Assembly (NCBI GenBank): GCA_049700835.1
Contig: JBNAUL010000001.1
Coordinates: forward strand, 128,491-182,042
Length of the DNA: 53,552 bases
Direction: 5' to 3'
DNA from: Candidatus Woesearchaeota archaeon
GTDB lineage: Archaea > Nanobdellota > Nanobdellia > Woesearchaeales > WAPY01
Shown here: positions 27,374 to 37,520 of the stretch, piece by piece
Layout of the letters: each line of letters opens with the position of its first letter
Numbering within the stretch: the first letter of the stretch is position 1
Program-made: the position numbers and the translations under genes
The notes under the pieces: generated by a model
What the model was told of the DNA's origin: nothing
The model's input: the letters and a program-made list of their open reading frames with translations, nothing else
The model's database searches: none

Positions 27374-28378
27374 ATGAATTTTATGTTTAATGTAATCTGC
27401 GTTGGAGGAGCTGTTGTTGATTTATTCGTAAACACAGCATCGGAATTGATAACTATAGATAACAGAATTTCATCAAAGCAGGAAAATCTGATAGCATATC
27501 CTGTTGGTTCAAAGCTTCTGATAAAAAATTTCAAGGCAGACTTTGGTGGAGGTGCATTTAATGCTGCTGTTTCTTTTGCAAGATTAAACTTAAAAACAGG
27601 TTTTTTAGGATGCCTGAGCAAGGATGAAAATGGAATTAAAATTTTAAAAAGAATGAATGAAGAGAAGATTAAGTTCTTAGGTCATTTCTCAAAAGAGTAC
27701 AATGGCTTCTCAATAATTTTGGACAGCAGGGATGAAGAGAGAACAATACTCACTTACCGGGGCTGTAACGACGACTTTGATTTTGAAATAATCAATAAGA
27801 ACAAAATAAGAACAAAATGGTTTTACCTGTCTTCTTTCTATGGGAAGAGTTTTGAAAGCGCTAAAAAGATAGTTGATTTTGCTGCTAAAAACAAAATTCA
27901 TCTTGCATTCAATCCAAGCACTTATATTGCGAGATTAGGATTTAAGGAGTTAAAAGACATAATTAAGAATTTAGACATTATCGTTTTAAACAAGCAAGAA
28001 GCAAATTTTATTACTGAAAAGGAAAGCGTTAAAGAACAACTTTTATTTTTAAAGAATTTTGTCAGGAATGTTGTAGTTGTAACAGATGGAAAGAATGGAG
28101 CATACGCTTACAATGGAAATTATTTTTATAGAAGTAAGGTCCCAAAGGTGAAGGTTAAGGAAACAACAGGAGCAGGAGATGCTTTTGCATCAAGTTTTGT
28201 CTATGGGATGATAAAGAGAACAGATGTAGAGTTTGCACTTAAATGCGGAATATGTAATTCAATAAGTGTTGTGCAGAACTTAGGAGCGCAAAACATTCTC
28301 TTGCAAGAAAAAGAACTTTTAAAAAGAATAAAAAGGTATGACAGGTTGGTTAAAAAGAGCAAAACATTCATAGATTAA
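27374..28378 (+). CDS. PfkB-family carbohydrate kinase
   Basis: GGGAFNAA, NKQEA and ETTGAGDAF motifs. Confidence 0.92.
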   Translation: MNFMFNVICVGGAVVDLFVNTASELITIDNRISSKQENLIAYPVGSKLLIKNFKADFGGGAFNAAVSFARLNLKTGFLGCLSKDENGIKILKRMNEEKIKFLGHFSKEYNGFSIILDSRDEERTILTYRGCNDDFDFEIINKNKIRTKWFYLSSFYGKSFESAKKIVDFAAKNKIHLAFNPSTYIARLGFKELKDIIKNLDIIVLNKQEANFITEKESVKEQLLFLKNFVRNVVVVTDGKNGAYAYNGNYFYRSKVPKVKVKETTGAGDAFASSFVYGMIKRTDVEFALKCGICNSISVVQNLGAQNILLQEKELLKRIKRYDRLVKKSKTFID

Positions 28379-28412
28379 TTTTTTAATTTTTGATGAAAGT
28401 TTGGTGAGCAGA

Positions 28413-28738
28413 ATGATTCTAAAAAACAAAAAGTTAATTTTTATTGTGATGCTTGCATTCCTATTTTTAGCAGGATGCTCTGAAAGCAAGGACAAACTTG
28501 GTACAGGAATTGTTAGAACTTGCAGTTTTACAATGGGAGAAGAAAGGTGCGGAAAGTGCTATTGTATGGAAACAGAAGAGCGTGGCTGCGAAATAATTGA
28601 TTATTCAGATGTTGGGATTTAAATTCATTTGTTGACAAGAAAGCAGAGTTCTATGGAACAAGAGACCAAAATATAATAAAATCAACAAGGATGTGCCCAA
28701 AGCAAGTAAAGTTATTTAAAATAAGATTGCTTGAGTAA
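28413..28738 (+). pseudogene. Small Cys-rich lipoprotein with an apparent frameshift at GGG 28614-28616
   Basis: GGTGAG SD and LAGC lipobox; the shifted frame continues DLNSFVDKKAEFYGTRDQNIIKSTRMCPKQVKLFKIRLLE to TAA at 28738. Confidence 0.5.
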
Positions 28739-28781
28739 AAGAGCAATTAACAAAACCAACAAAAGGATTAAAATCAGGCGA

Positions 28782-29192
28782 ATGGCAGAAAGGAAAAAGC
28801 AAGGGAAAAAAATTTTAAGAGTAAATAGAGCAAAAACATCAAGAACAGCAATAATTCTCGTCATAATATGCACTCTTCTTTCTTCTTTAGGGCAATTGTC
28901 TTATAAACTTGCGCTTATGAAATCAGAAAACAACCTTGTCAAAGTTATTTTCAACCCATTACTATATCTAGGATTGTTTTCGTATTTTATAGGGGCTCTG
29001 CTCCTAATATTTGCTTTAAAACAAGGAGAACTCTCAACTGTTTATCCTTTTATTGCATTGGGTTTTGTTTGGGTTTCATTTTTCAGCGTGAAATTTCTTA
29101 ATGAAAGAATAAGCGTTTTGAGATGGTTTGGTATCATACTGATAATCTCTGGTTTAATTCTAATTACAAGGAACAGGACGGAGAGTGGTTAA
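28782..29192 (+). CDS. EamA/DMT small membrane transporter (ArnE/F-like)
   Basis: Four TM helices; ALKQGELSTVYPF..LNERIS..GIILI. Confidence 0.85.
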   Translation: MAERKKQGKKILRVNRAKTSRTAIILVIICTLLSSLGQLSYKLALMKSENNLVKVIFNPLLYLGLFSYFIGALLLIFALKQGELSTVYPFIALGFVWVSFFSVKFLNERISVLRWFGIILIISGLILITRNRTESG

Positions 29193-29541
29193 AATAATCT
29201 TAAGAGCAATAATTCCAATATCTTTGGTAATAATTGCCACAATGATGGGGGCTTTTGGAAGTTTATTCCTAAAGTTTGGTTCTAAGAAAAAGACAGGTCT
29301 AAGAGAACTTTTAAGGAACTATGAATTAATAATTGGATTTCTGCTTTACGGTAGCTCAACAATTCCTTTCATAGCAGCATTAAAGTTTGGGGAATTGTCT
29401 TATGTTTATCCGCTAACAGCATTATCCTATGTTTGGGTTACACTAATTTCAAAAAAATACTTGAATGAGAAAATAACAGCAAATAAAATATTTGGAATTG
29501 TGCTAATAATAATTGGAGTAATACTAATAAGTGCATCCTAA
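29185..29541 (+). CDS. EamA/DMT small membrane transporter (paralogue of the upstream gene)
   Basis: ALKFGELSYVYPL..LNEKIT..GIVLI. Confidence 0.85.
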   Translation: MVKIILRAIIPISLVIIATMMGAFGSLFLKFGSKKKTGLRELLRNYELIIGFLLYGSSTIPFIAALKFGELSYVYPLTALSYVWVTLISKKYLNEKITANKIFGIVLIIIGVILISAS

Positions 29542-29566
29542 AAATAAATTCAAAATAAATTCAAAA

Positions 29567-30274
29567 ATGATTAATGAAAATAAAAAGGATAAATGGAACA
29601 AAGTGAACACAATCGTAATCTCTCTTGGAGGATCAGTTATTAATAAAGGAGAAATAAATATAAAATTCATGAAGGAATTTAAGAAAATAATTAAAACTCA
29701 AAAGAAAAATTTTTTAATTGTCTGTGGAGGAGGTTCTATTGCAAGGAATTACCAAGAAGCTTTAAGCAGATTCTCTAAGAATCATTATGATTTAGATGAA
29801 ATAGGAATAAAAGCAACAGAAATAAATGCTCTTCTTCTTTCAAAAGTGCTCGATGCAAGGATTGTTAAATTAGAAGATTTTGAAAAATTGAGCAAGGAAA
29901 AATACAAAAAGTTAGGCAGAATATTGGTAAGTCACGGCAATGTTCCTGGGCACACAACAGATTTTATTGCAGTGAGTTTTGCAAAAATCATGAAAGAAAA
30001 ATTTGTTATTAATATCTCAAGAATAAGGTTTGTGAGAAACAAGAACAATAAGGGGTTAAGGAGAATTTCCTGGAATGATTATTTGAAGATAATTCCAAAG
30101 AGGCATTCTCCTGGTTTGAAAATACCGTTTGACATCGAAGCATCAAGATTAGCAGCAAAGAATAAGATTAAAGTAATCTTTACAAACAACCTTGCTGACT
30201 TAAAAGAGCTCCTTGAAATGATAAACAAAAATCAGGACCTGCTGAAATTCAGCAAAGGAACAATAATATCTTGA
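29567..30274 (+). CDS. pyrH: Uridylate kinase
   Basis: VISLGGSVI, VCGGGSIARNY, DEIGIKAT, PGHTTD and C-terminal GTIIS. Confidence 0.9.
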   Translation: MINENKKDKWNKVNTIVISLGGSVINKGEINIKFMKEFKKIIKTQKKNFLIVCGGGSIARNYQEALSRFSKNHYDLDEIGIKATEINALLLSKVLDARIVKLEDFEKLSKEKYKKLGRILVSHGNVPGHTTDFIAVSFAKIMKEKFVINISRIRFVRNKNNKGLRRISWNDYLKIIPKRHSPGLKIPFDIEASRLAAKNKIKVIFTNNLADLKELLEMINKNQDLLKFSKGTIIS

Positions 30275-30325
30275 ATAAAATAGAGTATTCGCTAAACATT
30301 GCATCATAACAAAATTAAAAATTTC

Positions 30326-31300
30326 TCAGAAAATTTCCTTGAACTGCACGATTAGGAATGTTAAATACAAAACCAATAAACCAAGCCCTTCTCTCCAAGT
30401 AATTGTTTTCTTATCAAGAAAAAGTATTGCTATATAAAACCCGCAAATCATGAACATAAAGCTTATCAGAAAACTATCGATGTCAATGCTTATTGGGTTT
30501 ATCAGGGCAGTGAGTCCTAAAATAAAGAGTATGTTGAATACTACGCTGCCAAGTATGTTGCCAAAACCTATGTTTCTGTGCCCTTTGAACGAGGACAAAA
30601 CACCTACGCTGAGTTCTGGAAGCGTTGTGCCGAAAGAAACAAGAGTTAGTCCTATGATGAAAGAAGGAATTCTTAAAAAATCAGCAATTTTCACAGCAGA
30701 AACAACAAAATATTTAGAACTTATGATTACAATTGTGATTCCAAGCCCAAAAACAACGAATTCATTAATGAGTTTTCTAAGAGGAACATCCTTTTCCAAC
30801 CTGCCGAGAGAGGCTTCTTTATCCCACAAATCCTTGACATAAAACAAGAATGCAAAAATCAAAATCAAGCCGTCAACCTTTGATAAAAACCCATCAAGAC
30901 TTAGAATTAGAGGCAAAACAACAAGAATTAATGTTAGAAAAGTGGATTTGTTAATCACATCTTCCTCAACAAATAATTTTTTAGCAACAAGAGCCATTAT
31001 TCCAAAAACCAAAAGGGAATTCAAGATATTGGCTCCAATCATGTTGCCAACAACAATGTTACCCAAAGAGTTCTTGAAGAATGAGTCGTTTGTTTTCAGA
31101 GCAGTCAATGATGCTATTAAAGCATTTATAAGTTCAGGAGTGCTTGTTCCTATTGCGACAACTATGAAACCAATAAAGTATTCTGAAGCTCCAAGTTTTT
31201 TAGCAAAAGAACTAACTGACTTTATGACAAGATCTGCTCCAAAGACAAGGGCGCAGCCGCTTAAAAACAAAGTTAAGAATTCAAATAATATTTCCTGCAT
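30326..31300 (-). CDS. Ca2+/Na+ antiporter (YrbG/CaCA family)
   Basis: Alpha repeats GTSTPE...GNMIGAN and GTTLPE...GNILGS. Confidence 0.92.
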   Translation of the reverse strand: MQEILFEFLTLFLSGCALVFGADLVIKSVSSFAKKLGASEYFIGFIVVAIGTSTPELINALIASLTALKTNDSFFKNSLGNIVVGNMIGANILNSLLVFGIMALVAKKLFVEEDVINKSTFLTLILVVLPLILSLDGFLSKVDGLILIFAFLFYVKDLWDKEASLGRLEKDVPLRKLINEFVVFGLGITIVIISSKYFVVSAVKIADFLRIPSFIIGLTLVSFGTTLPELSVGVLSSFKGHRNIGFGNILGSVVFNILFILGLTALINPISIDIDSFLISFMFMICGFYIAILFLDKKTITWREGLGLLVLYLTFLIVQFKEIF

Positions 31301-31456
31301 AAGCACCTCTTTTTATTTTTCATTCAAATCCTTGTTTTCTGCATTCCAATCAAATCTTATTTTTGAACTTTTAATATTTATAAAATTTGCTATTGCACAG
31401 ACAAGAGCACGAAAAACATAAAAGTTTATAAAAAATAAGGTTTTATTTTTTAAAAT

Positions 31457-33118
31457 ATGAAAAAAAGAGGTTCAATGTATTTTTCAGCGCTTGTGTATGT
31501 TTTCTTTGTAGTGTTCTTAATATTTTTATTAATAATCTTTAAGATGAAGGACAAGGATGTTGGAAATTTAGTCATAGGACAGCAGGCATTGTCCTTATTC
31601 AGTTCATACCAGGAAGGAGAAAAATTACGTTTTTATGTTCAGCAGTCTGCAAAGTATGCTGCAGAAAGTTCTGTAAACATTTTCTTAAAAAATGGTGGTC
31701 TTGAAAATCCTAATAAAATAATAGGGCTTGCTGATTGGACAGATGCGAAGCCGGATTTTAAAAAAGAGTTTTCAAGAATATTCTACAAAGAATTAGTGGA
31801 ATACTTTCAGAGGAGCGACGAATACATTCCAACAGAATACAACATAGAAACATACCAAAAAGGTAATGTTGCAGTAGTATCAGGAATTGCGCTGAAAAAG
31901 GCAGTTATGCTTTCAGGGAGTTCAACCCCTCAAGACCTGGTGTGGCCAACAGGAACTTTCAGCGGAAAATACTCTGTGGCAAGTTCTTTTGGTCAGAGAA
32001 TTCATCCAATAACAAAAAAACAACACTTTCATGAAGGAATAGACATCGATTCTGATTCAAAAGAAATCTATGCTGCAGAGAGCGGAACAGTTGAATCCGT
32101 TAATACAGGCTGCGGCAACTGTTATTATAATTCTGAAACTGACAAATCAGATGAGAGTTGTTTCAAATGCGGACAGAGTTATGGAAACTATGTGTTGATT
32201 GATCACGGAAATTTTAAGAGTTTATACGCGCATTTGGAGCAGGTCAATGTCAATATAGGACAAAGCGTGAACAAAGGAGATGTTATTGGGCTCATGGGAA
32301 GTTCAGGCAGTTCAACATCACCCCACCTTCATTTCGAAATAAGAGTAAATAATCAACAAGTAAATCCGCTGTGCTATTACGAAGGGCTTGAGATAGAAAT
32401 AAAGGACCAAAAAAAACAGGAGTGCGGGAATGCAAAATACTATCTAAATTTGTCTTTCAACGCCACAGCGCAAATAGATTTAAATCGTTATGAAAAATTG
32501 TATGAAAATATTCAGGGCATAATAAGGGATTGCACTATTTCAGCAAATAAGGAGGAATGCTACAACTCAAGATTGTCAAGCATAGGTTACAGCGAGGAGT
32601 GCTATGATGAATTTGAAAAGCCATTTTATAAAATTCTTAAAACAATAAATTATTGCAATAGCAGTCTGGATGACGAGTGCTACTGCCCTGTTGATGTTTC
32701 AGTAATTTCTTCGCTAAAACTAAACAATTACGACTATGAAATTTCTTTCATAAAAAACTCTTCCACAGGGAAGATGTTCATAGCAACTAGTGCGGGGGAA
32801 AAAGGGATCAAAGAATATTTTGATTTAATCAAAACAATCTCTTTTGACAAAGCAGGTTTTATTGAGGAAGAAAACAATTTTAAGATAAAATTAGTTTATG
32901 ACAGCAGCGTTTTGAAGAAGACAGAATTCCAAACATCTTTGGGAAAACCTATGAACACTAAACTTGAAATTATTTTCTTCAAAGAAAAAGGTTCAATCTA
33001 CTTTGCAAATCCAAGAGACTATGATTACTTAAAAAACAATTTTAAAGAATGTTCATTGAGAAAGAGCGTATTTCCTGCATGTGTTGATGGCATGAGGTTT
33101 GCGATAAGAGTAAATTAA
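31457..33118 (+). CDS. Membrane-anchored or secreted protein with M23 (LytM) metallopeptidase domain
   Basis: MKKRG + hydrophobic N-terminus; SSFGQRIHPI, HEGIDI, GNYVLIDH, YAHL, GSSTSPHLHFEIR and VNPL motifs. Confidence 0.9.
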   Translation: MKKRGSMYFSALVYVFFVVFLIFLLIIFKMKDKDVGNLVIGQQALSLFSSYQEGEKLRFYVQQSAKYAAESSVNIFLKNGGLENPNKIIGLADWTDAKPDFKKEFSRIFYKELVEYFQRSDEYIPTEYNIETYQKGNVAVVSGIALKKAVMLSGSSTPQDLVWPTGTFSGKYSVASSFGQRIHPITKKQHFHEGIDIDSDSKEIYAAESGTVESVNTGCGNCYYNSETDKSDESCFKCGQSYGNYVLIDHGNFKSLYAHLEQVNVNIGQSVNKGDVIGLMGSSGSSTSPHLHFEIRVNNQQVNPLCYYEGLEIEIKDQKKQECGNAKYYLNLSFNATAQIDLNRYEKLYENIQGIIRDCTISANKEECYNSRLSSIGYSEECYDEFEKPFYKILKTINYCNSSLDDECYCPVDVSVISSLKLNNYDYEISFIKNSSTGKMFIATSAGEKGIKEYFDLIKTISFDKAGFIEEENNFKIKLVYDSSVLKKTEFQTSLGKPMNTKLEIIFFKEKGSIYFANPRDYDYLKNNFKECSLRKSVFPACVDGMRFAIRVN

Positions 33119-33169
33119 TTGCAGAACTATAGAAAATTATTTAAACAAATTGACTTTTGCTTTTTCTTT

Positions 33170-34297
33170 ATGATTAGAATAACAACAGAAGAGATTATTC
33201 AGAAGATAAAGGAAAAAACAAGTTATAATGAAGAAGCGATAAATGAAATGATAAACAAAAAGGTAAAACAGCTTTCTGGCCTAATAACAAAAGAAGGTGC
33301 AGCAAGAATAGTTGCAAATGAACTTGGAGTTCCTCTATTCAACAATTTTTCAGGTAAGCTTAAAATAAAGAACATACTTTCAGGGATGAGGGATGTTGAA
33401 ACAGTTGGAATTGTAAAACAGAATTTTGGGGTAAAGCCGTTTACAACGCAGAACCGCGAGGGAAAATTAGCATCATTGATCATTGCTGATGAAACAGGAG
33501 CAATAAGGGTTGTTCTTTGGAATGAAATTGCAGAACAAGCATCAAAGATAAAAATAGGGGATATTGTAAAAATAAAGGCAGGTTATGTGAGAGATAACAA
33601 CAATTCTAAGGAAATACATCTAAACGAAAGGTCAAAATTGATCATAAATCCTCCTGACGAAAAGGTAGATGAGGCAAGGTATGAACTAAAGAGAAAGACG
33701 ATCTCAGAGTTGTCAGAGAATGACAGGGATGTTGAGTTGAGAGCAACAATAGTTCAAGTATTTGAGCCAAAATTCTATTCTGTTTGCCCAGAATGCGGAA
33801 AAAAACTTGTGGTATCAGAAGCAGGAATGGTTTGCGAGCAGCATGGAAAGGTTAAAGCGCAGGAAGCGTATGTAATAAATCTATTAATTGACGACGGCAC
33901 AGGAATAATAAGAATGGTCTGCTTTAAGGAACAGGTTTTGAAACTTCTTAACAAGAGCGAGGAAGACCTGCTAATTCTGAAAGATTCTCCTGAAAAATTT
34001 GAGGAAATCAGAAGGGAACTCTTAGGAACAGAGATTGTTGCAAGCGGGCGAGCAACCCTAAACAAGATATTTGGAAGGATAGAATTTGTTGCAGATAAAA
34101 TAGAACTTCCTGACTACAAGAAAGAAGCAGAGAAATTGAAAAAGGAAGTTGAAAGTTTGCCTCCTGTTGAAGAACCAATTAGTGGAGAACCAGAAGAAAT
34201 TGTGAATTCTAAAAAGCAAGAATCAAAAATGGGTAACAATAAAGATTTTGAAAAAGAAGATTCAGAAGAATCAAGCAGTGAAGATGAGTATTTTTAA
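33170..34297 (+). CDS. rpa: Replication protein A (OB folds + Zn finger)
   Basis: DETGAIRVVLW, CPECGKK..CEQHG and DDGTG motifs; acidic tail. Confidence 0.9.
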   Translation: MIRITTEEIIQKIKEKTSYNEEAINEMINKKVKQLSGLITKEGAARIVANELGVPLFNNFSGKLKIKNILSGMRDVETVGIVKQNFGVKPFTTQNREGKLASLIIADETGAIRVVLWNEIAEQASKIKIGDIVKIKAGYVRDNNNSKEIHLNERSKLIINPPDEKVDEARYELKRKTISELSENDRDVELRATIVQVFEPKFYSVCPECGKKLVVSEAGMVCEQHGKVKAQEAYVINLLIDDGTGIIRMVCFKEQVLKLLNKSEEDLLILKDSPEKFEEIRRELLGTEIVASGRATLNKIFGRIEFVADKIELPDYKKEAEKLKKEVESLPPVEEPISGEPEEIVNSKKQESKMGNNKDFEKEDSEESSSEDEYF

Positions 34298-34466
34298 GAA
34301 TTCTAAAATTTTAAAAATCATTTTTGGCAAAATAATTCCTGTTTTTATTCTTTAAAATTAGTCAATTCTTACAGAATTCTTGGAAAAAACCACTGAACAC
34401 TAGACATTAAGCTTAAAAGCATTTTTAAATTAAACAGGTTTATAAAAATTTTTGGAGGATGGAAAA

Positions 34467-34736
34467 ATGAAGAATTTTGAACAACAAAAAACAACAAGCA
34501 ATATAAAACCAGAAACAAAATTCAAGGCAGGAACAATTGAAATAACAGTGTGGAGCAACAAAACAACAAACAAGAGCGGGGAGGAAAAAACCTATAAAAC
34601 AATAACAACGCAGAGGATTTACAAGGCAAAAGATGGAACTTGGAAGAACGCAAACTCATACAAGATAAAAGACATACCAACTTTGGTAACACTTTTAAAC
34701 AAAGCATACGAACAATTAGTTATAAAAGAGAAATAA
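34467..34736 (+). CDS. Small conserved protein, possible PC4/SpoVG-like nucleic-acid-binding fold
   Basis: KFKAGTIEITVWSN..TQRIYKAKDGTWKNANSY..DIP..LLNKAYE; GGAGG SD. Confidence 0.65.
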   Translation: MKNFEQQKTTSNIKPETKFKAGTIEITVWSNKTTNKSGEEKTYKTITTQRIYKAKDGTWKNANSYKIKDIPTLVTLLNKAYEQLVIKEK

Positions 34737-34860
34737 AAAAATAAAATCTCATTGAAATGCAAAAATAAGAACTCTAAGATAACGCATTAAATTGATATAA
34801 AGCCATAAAAAATGAATTATTAAATTAATAGTAAAAATAACTTATAATAAAAAATGCAAG

Positions 34861-34960
34861 NNNNNNNNNNNNNNNNNNNNNNNNNNNNNNNNNNNNNNNN
34901 NNNNNNNNNNNNNNNNNNNNNNNNNNNNNNNNNNNNNNNNNNNNNNNNNNNNNNNNNNNN
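34861..34960. other. Assembly gap (100 N)
   Basis: N run; 21-nt sequence ACTTATAATAAAAAATGCAAG duplicated on both sides. Confidence 0.98.
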
Positions 34961-35158
34961 ACTTATAATAAAAAATGCAAGTTTTGAAACTGAAAGATAA
35001 AAGAGAATTTGCAAAACAAAAATAAATGAAAAGGAAAAGTAAAGGATAAATAGATGCAATTAAAAATCATTGAAAAATAAAAGCAATGTTAGATCATTAA
35101 AATTTTAAAAACCGATTTTGCAAAAATATAAAAATCTAAGCATGATCAGCATCAGATG

Positions 35159-35212
35159 CAGAAAACACTTTTATGCCTGAGAGGATAATAGAACTTACAA
35201 GAGCGCAAAAGA
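35159..35212 (+). repeat. Imperfect direct copy (51/54 nt) of radA internal sequence 35798-35851
   Basis: Manual alignment; three mismatches. Confidence 0.9.
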
Positions 35213-35373
35213 CAGAATAAATCTAAAAATCAAAATAAAATAAAAATTTAGAAAAATCAAAAAATTTCAAAAGAACTAATAAAGTATACTAATAGGATAT
35301 AGTTAATTATTTAAGTTAATTAGCATTAATCAAAACAAGAATTTAAGAATTTAAAAATTGATAAGGTGATCTT

Positions 35374-36357
35374 ATGCCAGAAAAACAAGAAAAAGAGCTT
35401 TCATTAACAGACATCCCAGGAGTAGGAGCAGCAACAGCTGAAAAGCTTACGATGGGCGGTTATTCTTCGCTAATGAGCTTAGCAGTAGCAACTCCAGCAG
35501 AATTAGTAGAGATTGCAGGAGTTACAGAAGCAACAGCAAGGAAGATAATAAACTTTGCAAGAGAAAAACTAGAAATGGGTTTTGAATCAGGAGATGAAAT
35601 ACTTAAAAAAAGGCAAAGGGTTGAGAAGATAACAACTGGAAGCAAAGCATTAGACAATCTATTAGGAGGTGGATTTGAAACAGGTTCAATAACAGAAGCA
35701 TTCGGAGAATTCGGCTCTGGAAAAACTCAATTAGCTCATGTTTTAGCAGTAAACATACAAAAACAAATACCTGACAGCACAGTTATATTCATAGACACAG
35801 AAAACACTTTCAGGCCTGAGAGGATAATAGAACTTGCAAGAGCGCAAAAGATGGAACCTGAGAAGGTTTTAAAAAACATAAAAGTTGCAAGGGCTTATAA
35901 TTCAGACCACCAAATGCTTTTGGTTGAAAAGATAGAGGAAATTGCAAAAAAAGAGGATTTAAAGATAAAATTAGTGATTGTGGATTCTCTTACAGCGCAT
36001 TTTAGAGCAGAGTTTATTGGAAGAGGAACTTTAGCTGACAGGCAGCAGAAATTAAACAAGCACATACATTCATTAATGAAGGTTGCTGACAAGTTCAATG
36101 CTTGCGTTTATGTAACTAATCAAGTAATGGCAAAGCCAGATGTTTTCTTTGGAGATCCAACACAAGCCATAGGAGGGCACATAATTGCTCATGCCTCAAC
36201 ATTCAGGATCTATCTAAGAAAAGGAAAGAAAGGAACAAGGGTTGCAAAATTAGTAGATAGCCCGAATCTTCCAGAAGGAGAAGCAGTATTCGTAGTGACA
36301 AGAGAAGGAATAAAGGATGTTAAGGAAGGAAGCATAAGGGATATTGAAGAAGAATAA
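35374..36357 (+). CDS. radA: DNA repair and recombination protein RadA
   Basis: N-terminal Hh[29 protein letters not shown] and RQQKLN motifs; no intein. Confidence 0.98.
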   Translation: MPEKQEKELSLTDIPGVGAATAEKLTMGGYSSLMSLAVATPAELVEIAGVTEATARKIINFAREKLEMGFESGDEILKKRQRVEKITTGSKALDNLLGGGFETGSITEAFGEFGSGKTQLAHVLAVNIQKQIPDSTVIFIDTENTFRPERIIELARAQKMEPEKVLKNIKVARAYNSDHQMLLVEKIEEIAKKEDLKIKLVIVDSLTAHFRAEFIGRGTLADRQQKLNKHIHSLMKVADKFNACVYVTNQVMAKPDVFFGDPTQAIGGHIIAHASTFRIYLRKGKKGTRVAKLVDSPNLPEGEAVFVVTREGIKDVKEGSIRDIEEE

Positions 36358-36510
36358 TAAGAATTTTAGCAGAACAAATTTATTAAATCAAAATTGGAAA
36401 CTTAATTTATAAATACAAATTTATTAGTCACTATTGGACGCGATTTAGCACCATTGTAATAAAGTACAAAATAAGAAGTAAAATTAAATGGGAAGAATGA
36501 TTATCATTAG

Positions 36511-36741
36511 GATGAATTTTGTTATGATGCAGAGGATCATGAAAGAACTATAAATTATGTTACAAAAGTTTTAGATGATGCAAAACATAATAAGGGAATC
36601 CTACTCACAAGCAATTAATATTACTCAGTGAACAGACAATGTAATTCAGGAATAATAAATTATGAAGAAGTAAGAAGAATGGCTGAGCCATTGGGAATTA
36701 AAGATTCTGTGGAAAACCCTTGTATAAAAAATAATCACTAA
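36511..36741 (+). pseudogene. Possible degraded gene remnant
   Basis: Coding-like frame interrupted by TAA at 36616; family not recognised. Confidence 0.25.
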
Positions 36742-36983
36742 AAATAAGCGTGATAGCAGAAATTTTCTCAACCTATTTTTAGCAAGTTTAACTTCAAGCA
36801 TTCAGGCAAATTAGTTTGTGCTTTAAACAGCAAAATTAAAAATTGCCTTGCTTAAAATTTGTGCGCCAAAATCAGTAAAAATCAGCAATAAATCATTTTC
36901 TTTTTTTTATTTTTGATTTTAGTTTCCAAGATTTGTTATTTATTTTAAAAAACAAAAGATTTTAAACTAAAAAATAAATTTAA

Positions 36984-37520
36984 ATGGTTATGAGAACATT
37001 CATTGCAGTAGATGCAGAAAAAAAAGTAATTGAAGAGCTAAAGAGAATTCAAAGCATGTTGAACAACGGAATATTTAAAAAAACTCAGGATTATCACATA
37101 ACCCTAAAGTTTTTAGGAGAAAAAAATGATTCTGAAATAAAAAAAATAATTAAAAAATTATCTGAAATCAAGTTCAAAAATTTTGAATTAACTCTTGACA
37201 AAATAGGTTTTTTTCCAAATGAAAGTTTTATAAGAGTGATTTGGGTTGGTACTAAAGAACAAGAAATTTATGAACTTCAAAAAGCAATTGATTATAAACT
37301 TTTAGAACTAAACATTCCTGCTGAGAAAGAATTCAAGAGCCACATAACAATTGCAAGGGTTAAGGAAATAAGCGATAAAAAAGCATTTCTTGAGAACATT
37401 GGAAAGCACAAAATAAAAAATTTGTCTTTTAGTGTTAATGAATTCAAGCTGAAAAAATCAGTTTTAACTCCAAAAGGCCCAATATATTCTGATTTAGCAG
37501 TTTTTAAGCTTGAAGATTAA
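36984..37520 (+). CDS. thpR: RNA 2',3'-cyclic phosphodiesterase (2H phosphoesterase)
   Basis: MRTFIAV, HITLKFLG, RVIWVG, HITIAR and GPIY motifs. Confidence 0.93.
   Translation: MVMRTFIAVDAEKKVIEELKRIQSMLNNGIFKKTQDYHITLKFLGEKNDSEIKKIIKKLSEIKFKNFELTLDKIGFFPNESFIRVIWVGTKEQEIYELQKAIDYKLLELNIPAEKEFKSHITIARVKEISDKKAFLENIGKHKIKNLSFSVNEFKLKKSVLTPKGPIYSDLAVFKLED

Noticed and set aside
34840..34981. 21-nt direct repeat flanking the N gap as a target-site duplication or att site
   Set aside because: It abuts the gap exactly on both sides, typical of unmerged contig overlap
35159..35851. radA repeat as a DGR template/variable repeat pair
   Set aside because: Mismatches are not confined to adenines on one strand, and there is no reverse transcriptase in the window
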